Shown here in pieces: positions 23,674 to 27,574 of a stretch of DNA of 27,574 nt (its first letter is position 1; the number at the start of each line of letters is the position of its first letter). Under the pieces are notes generated by a model, which saw only the letters and a program-made list of their open reading frames with translations, made no database searches and had not been told where the DNA came from. The DNA lies in the NCBI GenBank assembly GCA_963694245.1, contig CAVOCR010000001.1:1-27574 (forward strand). The letters run 5' to 3'. The stretch is from Myxococcota bacterium. GTDB taxonomy: Bacteria > Myxococcota_A > UBA9042 > JABWCM01. The position numbers were made by a program, and so were the translations under genes.

Positions 23674-25065
23674 CTAGTCCCGTGGCTGAACCATGTCTCC
23701 CGGTTTGACCCAGTCCGTGAACTGCTCTTTGGTCACCAACTCAAGCGCGACCGCCGCATCGAGAAGGGTGGTTCCGTCGGCGTGGGCTTTCTTGGCGATC
23801 CGGGCTGCGTTGTCGTAGCCGATATGGGGATTGAGCGCGGTCACCAGCATGAGCGATTGCTCCATCAGCGTCTGGATCCGGGCGTGATTCGCCTGGATGC
23901 CCACCACACAGCGATCCGTGAAAGAGGTGGCCGCATCTCCCAGAATTCGGATGGATTGGAGGAGGTTGTAGATCATCACGGGCTTGAACACGTTCAATTC
24001 GAAGTGTCCGGTGGCTCCCGCAACCGTGATGGTCGTGTGGTTTCCGATGACCTGGGAGGCCACCATGGTGAGGGCCTCACATTGAGTTGGGTTCACCTTG
24101 CCCGGCATGATCGAGGAGCCGGGTTCATTCGCCGGCAGCATGATCTCCCCGAGTCCGGAGCGCGGTCCTGAGCCGAGAAATCGAATGTCATTGGCGATCT
24201 TCATCAAGCTCGCAGCCAACACGTTCAGCGCCCCCGAGCACTCCACGATCGCATCATGAGCCGCGATGGCTTCGAATTTGTTGGGGGCGGTGGTGAAAGG
24301 AAGTCGGGTGAAATCGGCGACTTCAGCTGCGAAGGCTTCCGCAAACCCCTTCCATGAGTTGAGCCCTGTTCCCACGGCGGTGCCGCCCTGTGCCAGCGCG
24401 CTGAGACGGGGAAGAGTGGCTTCGACTCGAGCGATGCCGTTGGCGATCTGAGCTGCGTAGCCGGAAAACTCCTGTCCCAGGGTCACGGGGGTTGCGTCCT
24501 GGCAGTGGGTTCTGCCGATTTTCACGATGTCCGCAAATGCCTGCTGGCGTTCTTCAAGCGCTGCCAGGAGATGCTGAAGTCCGGGGATCAGACGCTCGTG
24601 GATTTCCAGAACCGCGGCGATGTGCATGGCGGTTGGAAACGTGTCATTCGACGATTGCCCCATGTTCACATGATCGTTGGGGTGAACCGGAGTCTTCGAC
24701 CCACGCTCTCCCCCGAGCATTTCGATCGCGCGATTGCTGATCACCTCGTTGGCGTTCATGTTGGACTGGGTTCCGGAGCCGGTCTGCCACACGAGCAGGG
24801 GAAACTCATCGGCCAGGGTGCCATCAATGACTTCATCTGCGGCTTGAACCAGCGCATTTCCGACGCCCGGATCGAGCAACTCATGACGCATGTTCACCTG
24901 GGCCGCGGAACGTTTCACGATTCCGAGCGCGCGGACGACGGGAGCGGGCATCTGTTCGGTTCCAATGGGAAAGTTCTCAATGGAGCGTTGTGTCTGCGCG
25001 CCCCAGTAGCGCTCAGCAGGCACTTCCACGGGGCCGAGGGAGTCGGTTTCGATTCGGGTGGTCAT
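23674..25065 (-). CDS. fumC: Class II fumarate hydratase
   Basis: [63 protein letters not shown]; ATG 25065 follows GGAG; 463 aa. Confidence 0.97.
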   Translation of the reverse strand: MTTRIETDSLGPVEVPAERYWGAQTQRSIENFPIGTEQMPAPVVRALGIVKRSAAQVNMRHELLDPGVGNALVQAADEVIDGTLADEFPLLVWQTGSGTQSNMNANEVISNRAIEMLGGERGSKTPVHPNDHVNMGQSSNDTFPTAMHIAAVLEIHERLIPGLQHLLAALEERQQAFADIVKIGRTHCQDATPVTLGQEFSGYAAQIANGIARVEATLPRLSALAQGGTAVGTGLNSWKGFAEAFAAEVADFTRLPFTTAPNKFEAIAAHDAIVECSGALNVLAASLMKIANDIRFLGSGPRSGLGEIMLPANEPGSSIMPGKVNPTQCEALTMVASQVIGNHTTITVAGATGHFELNVFKPVMIYNLLQSIRILGDAATSFTDRCVVGIQANHARIQTLMEQSLMLVTALNPHIGYDNAARIAKKAHADGTTLLDAAVALELVTKEQFTDWVKPGDMVQPRD

Positions 25066-25165
25066 CCGTCCATCTCCTTGTCCAGTTGCGCGTGCACGGC
25101 GTGTGTTTGTACTGGCACAGCAGGGGCGGATTGGCAAGGGGGGGACGGTGGCTTGAAGCCCGTTT

Positions 25166-25498
25166 TCAGTTGGGGCTGCGGGCGTATTTCTTCAAGCCTT
25201 TCAGCTTGTTCATCACGTCCCGAAGCTCTCCACCGATATCGTCATGGAGGAGTGCGACGCGCGTTCTCAGGGTGTTGTCGGCGGCGAAGAGCCGCTCGCG
25301 ATCTCCTTGCGCGAGAGGATTGTTCTGGTTCCACTCGAGGACATCGTCAATCAATTGTCCACGCTCGGTGACGAGCTCTTCAATGCGCTCACAGTCTCTT
25401 TCATCGATGGCTCTGGAGAGTTCGTGGTGCATGGTGTGCAACGCCTCGACACATCCGGGACGGTGGCTGCCTTCATCATGTGTGGTCTGATTGATCAT
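25166..25498 (-). CDS. fliT: Probable flagellar chaperone FliT-like protein
   Basis: 110-aa helical protein 10 bp after fliD; [10 protein letters not shown] and C-terminal LKKY resemble FliT-type chaperones. The assignment rests mostly on context. Confidence 0.55.
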   Translation of the reverse strand: MINQTTHDEGSHRPGCVEALHTMHHELSRAIDERDCERIEELVTERGQLIDDVLEWNQNNPLAQGDRERLFAADNTLRTRVALLHDDIGGELRDVMNKLKGLKKYARSPN

Positions 25499-25508
25499 GA
25501 GTTGTCAG

Positions 25509-26840
25509 TTAGCCGAGTGACGCCAGGGCGCCCCCTTGAAGATTGATGTTGCTCATCGCCATTTCCATTGCCGAGAACTGTTTCCTCAGTCGAGTCACGA
25601 GCGCTTCGATCTTTCGGTTCTTGTCGCTGATGCTGTCGTCCAGGCGATCGATGCGATCACTGTAGGAGTCCGTCTTGGTCTTGAACAATCCCTCGAGATC
25701 CTCAGTGTACACTTCGATCTTCGTCGTCAGGTAGTCTGAAAGTCCGGTGTCCGCCGCCGTGAACATGGAAGCAATGGAGGACATGTCCTTGTTCATCGCT
25801 TCATCGAGATCGTCGTCGTCGATCTTGAGCTTTCCAGTCCCGTCGGTCTTGATGCCGATTTGCGCGAGGGCATTGAAGGACCCCGTGGAGCCGGTCACAA
25901 AGTTCGAGATGACTCCCATCATGTCGGACTTCAATCGCTTGAGCGTCGAGTCACCGGCCAGCGAATAGTTGAAGTTCGTGGCTTCCGTGGATTTGAGATC
26001 CTTGGCCACGAGCGAGAGGGCGTCGTTGTATTTCGAGACGAACTCCTCGAGGTTTTCCTTTGTCTCCGTTTTGTTCGCTTCAATTTTCACTTCCGCGGTT
26101 CCCGTCTTCAGCAGATTGAGCGTGATGCCTTCCAACACGTCCGTGACGGTGTTGGTCTCCTGTTCGACGTTCAGCCCATCCAGCGTGAACGTGGCGTTTG
26201 AAGCCTGCGTGATCTGGGTGAAGTTCAGTTCCGTTCCGGCGGCCCCGGTGTAGGATTCACTGATGATGATCGCGTCGTCCGCCGCCCCTCCAATCACGTG
26301 GCCCGTGTCCTTCGACGCGATCTGGATGTAGGTGCTGGTTCCGTCGTTGATCAGGGAGGCGAACACGCTCGCTCCTGCGGCGTTGATTGCATCTGCCGTG
26401 TCCTGAACGGACATTTCATCTGTGATGATGACGTCGATGGGGTCTTCGTCTTTCACGGTGAGGGTCAGGGTTCCCCCCTTGACCGTGTCATTGCTCCCCG
26501 TGAAGGCAGTGGACCGGTCTTTCTCACTCACCGCCAAACTAGTGACGTCGACATCGTAACTTCCGGGAAGAGCGGAACCCGCAGTCGTCAACGAGAGGAC
26601 TTCTTCATCACTGGTGGTACCGCTGTAGCCCAGAATGTCGGCTTCGGTCTTGAACTCCTCGAGGAATGCCGTGAGGTCATTCAGCTTGCTTTTGATCTCT
26701 CCAATCTTGGAGATTTTGACGTTCAGACCCGACTTCTGAGATTCCCAGTTCTTGATCTGGATTTTCTCGACATTCACCATCGCGTCGATGATCGCGTTGG
26801 TGTCCATTCCCGAGACCAGACCTGATATGTTCGAAACCAT
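25509..26840 (-). CDS. fliD: Flagellar filament cap protein FliD
   Basis: ISGLVSGMDTNAIIDAMV, ASNATFTLDG, TDVLEGITLNL, IGIKTDGTGKL, LRKQFSAME. Confidence 0.95.
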   Translation of the reverse strand: MVSNISGLVSGMDTNAIIDAMVNVEKIQIKNWESQKSGLNVKISKIGEIKSKLNDLTAFLEEFKTEADILGYSGTTSDEEVLSLTTAGSALPGSYDVDVTSLAVSEKDRSTAFTGSNDTVKGGTLTLTVKDEDPIDVIITDEMSVQDTADAINAAGASVFASLINDGTSTYIQIASKDTGHVIGGAADDAIIISESYTGAAGTELNFTQITQASNATFTLDGLNVEQETNTVTDVLEGITLNLLKTGTAEVKIEANKTETKENLEEFVSKYNDALSLVAKDLKSTEATNFNYSLAGDSTLKRLKSDMMGVISNFVTGSTGSFNALAQIGIKTDGTGKLKIDDDDLDEAMNKDMSSIASMFTAADTGLSDYLTTKIEVYTEDLEGLFKTKTDSYSDRIDRLDDSISDKNRKIEALVTRLRKQFSAMEMAMSNINLQGGALASLG

Positions 26841-26888
26841 GAAATCAATTCCTTTCGCAAGAGAGGGAGAGAGGGGGCGACTGTGGCG

Positions 26889-26904
26889 TGCAACCTATCG
26901 ACCT
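26889..26904 (-). promoter_or_regulatory. Candidate sigma54 (-24/-12) promoter of fliD
   Basis: Minus strand A-GG-TCGATAGGTT-GC-A has exact GG-N10-GC spacing with TTGCA, but the -24 side matches TGGCAC poorly. Confidence 0.35.
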
Positions 26905-27073
26905 TGGTGGGGTGACGCGAGTTCAAGTTCACCCGTGGACCCTTTCGCGTCTCCTTTATTTGTGGAGGGTTCAAAGTGGGGTCTGAACCATTCCACAAGA
27001 GACAACGTGAGTTCAGAGTCTGAACTTAAATGCGTTCGGTTGCGAGCAACCCCTCCTCTCCCAATTCGTTGTA

Positions 27074-27091
27074 CCTGGGGACTTTCCCAGG
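27074..27091. terminator. Hairpin immediately after the flgL stop
   Basis: CCTGGG-GACTTT-CCCAGG, 2 nt past the stop; no U-tract. Confidence 0.35.
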
Positions 27092-27093
27092 CG

Positions 27094-27574
27094 TTATGAC
27101 AACCACCGCAGTGCGCTTGCACCCATGAGCCGTTTGGAGGCCTGGATGGCGCCCGACATGGCGAGCTCTGCAGTGTTCAATTCTGTAATCGCGGATGCGA
27201 GATCGAGGTCTTCGCTCTCCGCTCGCTGAATTTTTGTTCGCAGCGTGAGATCTTCGAGGAGCACCTGGCTCTCCTCGACATTCTTCAGTCGTCCACCGAT
27301 CGACACATGCTCGAGACTCATTGCGTGAATGGCGTCGTCCAGCTTCGTGATCATGTCGGCGATCGCCACGGTGTCGTTGGCCTTGAGAGCGACGACAAAA
27401 TCGTCCAGAGCTTCGATGACGCTCGGATCCCCGAAGAGTTCTTTTCCCAGGGTCTGTGCTTCCACTCGAAAACCGGGGATCACCTCGACGGTTCGTTTGC
27501 TGTTGGCTCCTTGATAGACGCCATTGTTGTCGTAGGGAGGGGTGTCTTCCGCCATCCCTGAGAACAGGTGTCGC
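27094..27574 (-). CDS. flgL: Flagellar hook-filament junction protein FlgL, C-terminal part (5' end outside the window)
   Basis: Frame is open to the window end: RHLFSGMAEDTPPYD...YQG...EV...GKELF...IGGRL...EDLDLASAITEL. This is the FlgL pattern rather than flagellin. Confidence 0.88.
   Translation of the reverse strand, partial: RHLFSGMAEDTPPYDNNGVYQGANSKRTVEVIPGFRVEAQTLGKELFGDPSVIEALDDFVVALKANDTVAIADMITKLDDAIHAMSLEHVSIGGRLKNVEESQVLLEDLTLRTKIQRAESEDLDLASAITELNTAELAMSGAIQASKRLMGASALRWLS

Noticed and set aside
25066-25165. Fur box or clear promoter before fumC
   Set aside because: No AT-rich inverted repeat, and TTGCCA to TACAAA spacing is 20 bp.
26900-27000. c-di-GMP-I riboswitch or tRNA in the fliD leader
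   Set aside because: GAGACGCGAAAG (minus) only loosely resembles GGGACGCAAAG, and the GGCAAA and GNRA elements are absent. GTTCAA looks like a T-loop but I could not build a cloverleaf.
26774-27122. Small ORFs in the flgL-fliD spacer
   Set aside because: They overlap known genes out of frame and lack coding features; AAGGAG near 26952 has no well-spaced start codon.
1-27574. Mobile element, prophage or defence island
   Set aside because: No transposase, integrase, phage or recognisable defence gene, and no obvious compositional break by eye.

Overview
GC-rich bacterial chromosomal DNA with no mobile element, CRISPR array or RNA gene that I can support. The kinase + TPR/PEGA pair and Cys-rich lipoprotein suggest a Myxococcota/deltaproteobacteria-like host (inference). 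Layout: pstS-phoU-pstC-pstA-pstB-pstB operon (minus; last pstB runs off the edge and is missing from the ORF track), divergent from phoB-phoR-tag-like, with a Pho box; Ser/Thr kinase-TPR/PEGA-rsmI then topB-ICMT (minus); an 850-aa Cys-repeat lipoprotein with an FGE-like domain; Fur-box-like site, feoA-feoB and a small ORF; a convergent fumC-lipoprotein-amidohydrolase-polybasic lipoprotein unit; and flgL(partial)-fliD-fliT. The most unusual part is the phosphate system. The two PstB ATPases are reciprocally degenerate, predicting an asymmetric importer with one intact and one dead ATP site. PhoU is fused to a catalytically dead LMW-PTP/ArsC-like domain. Family assignments come from motif recognition and recalled consensus, not database searches.
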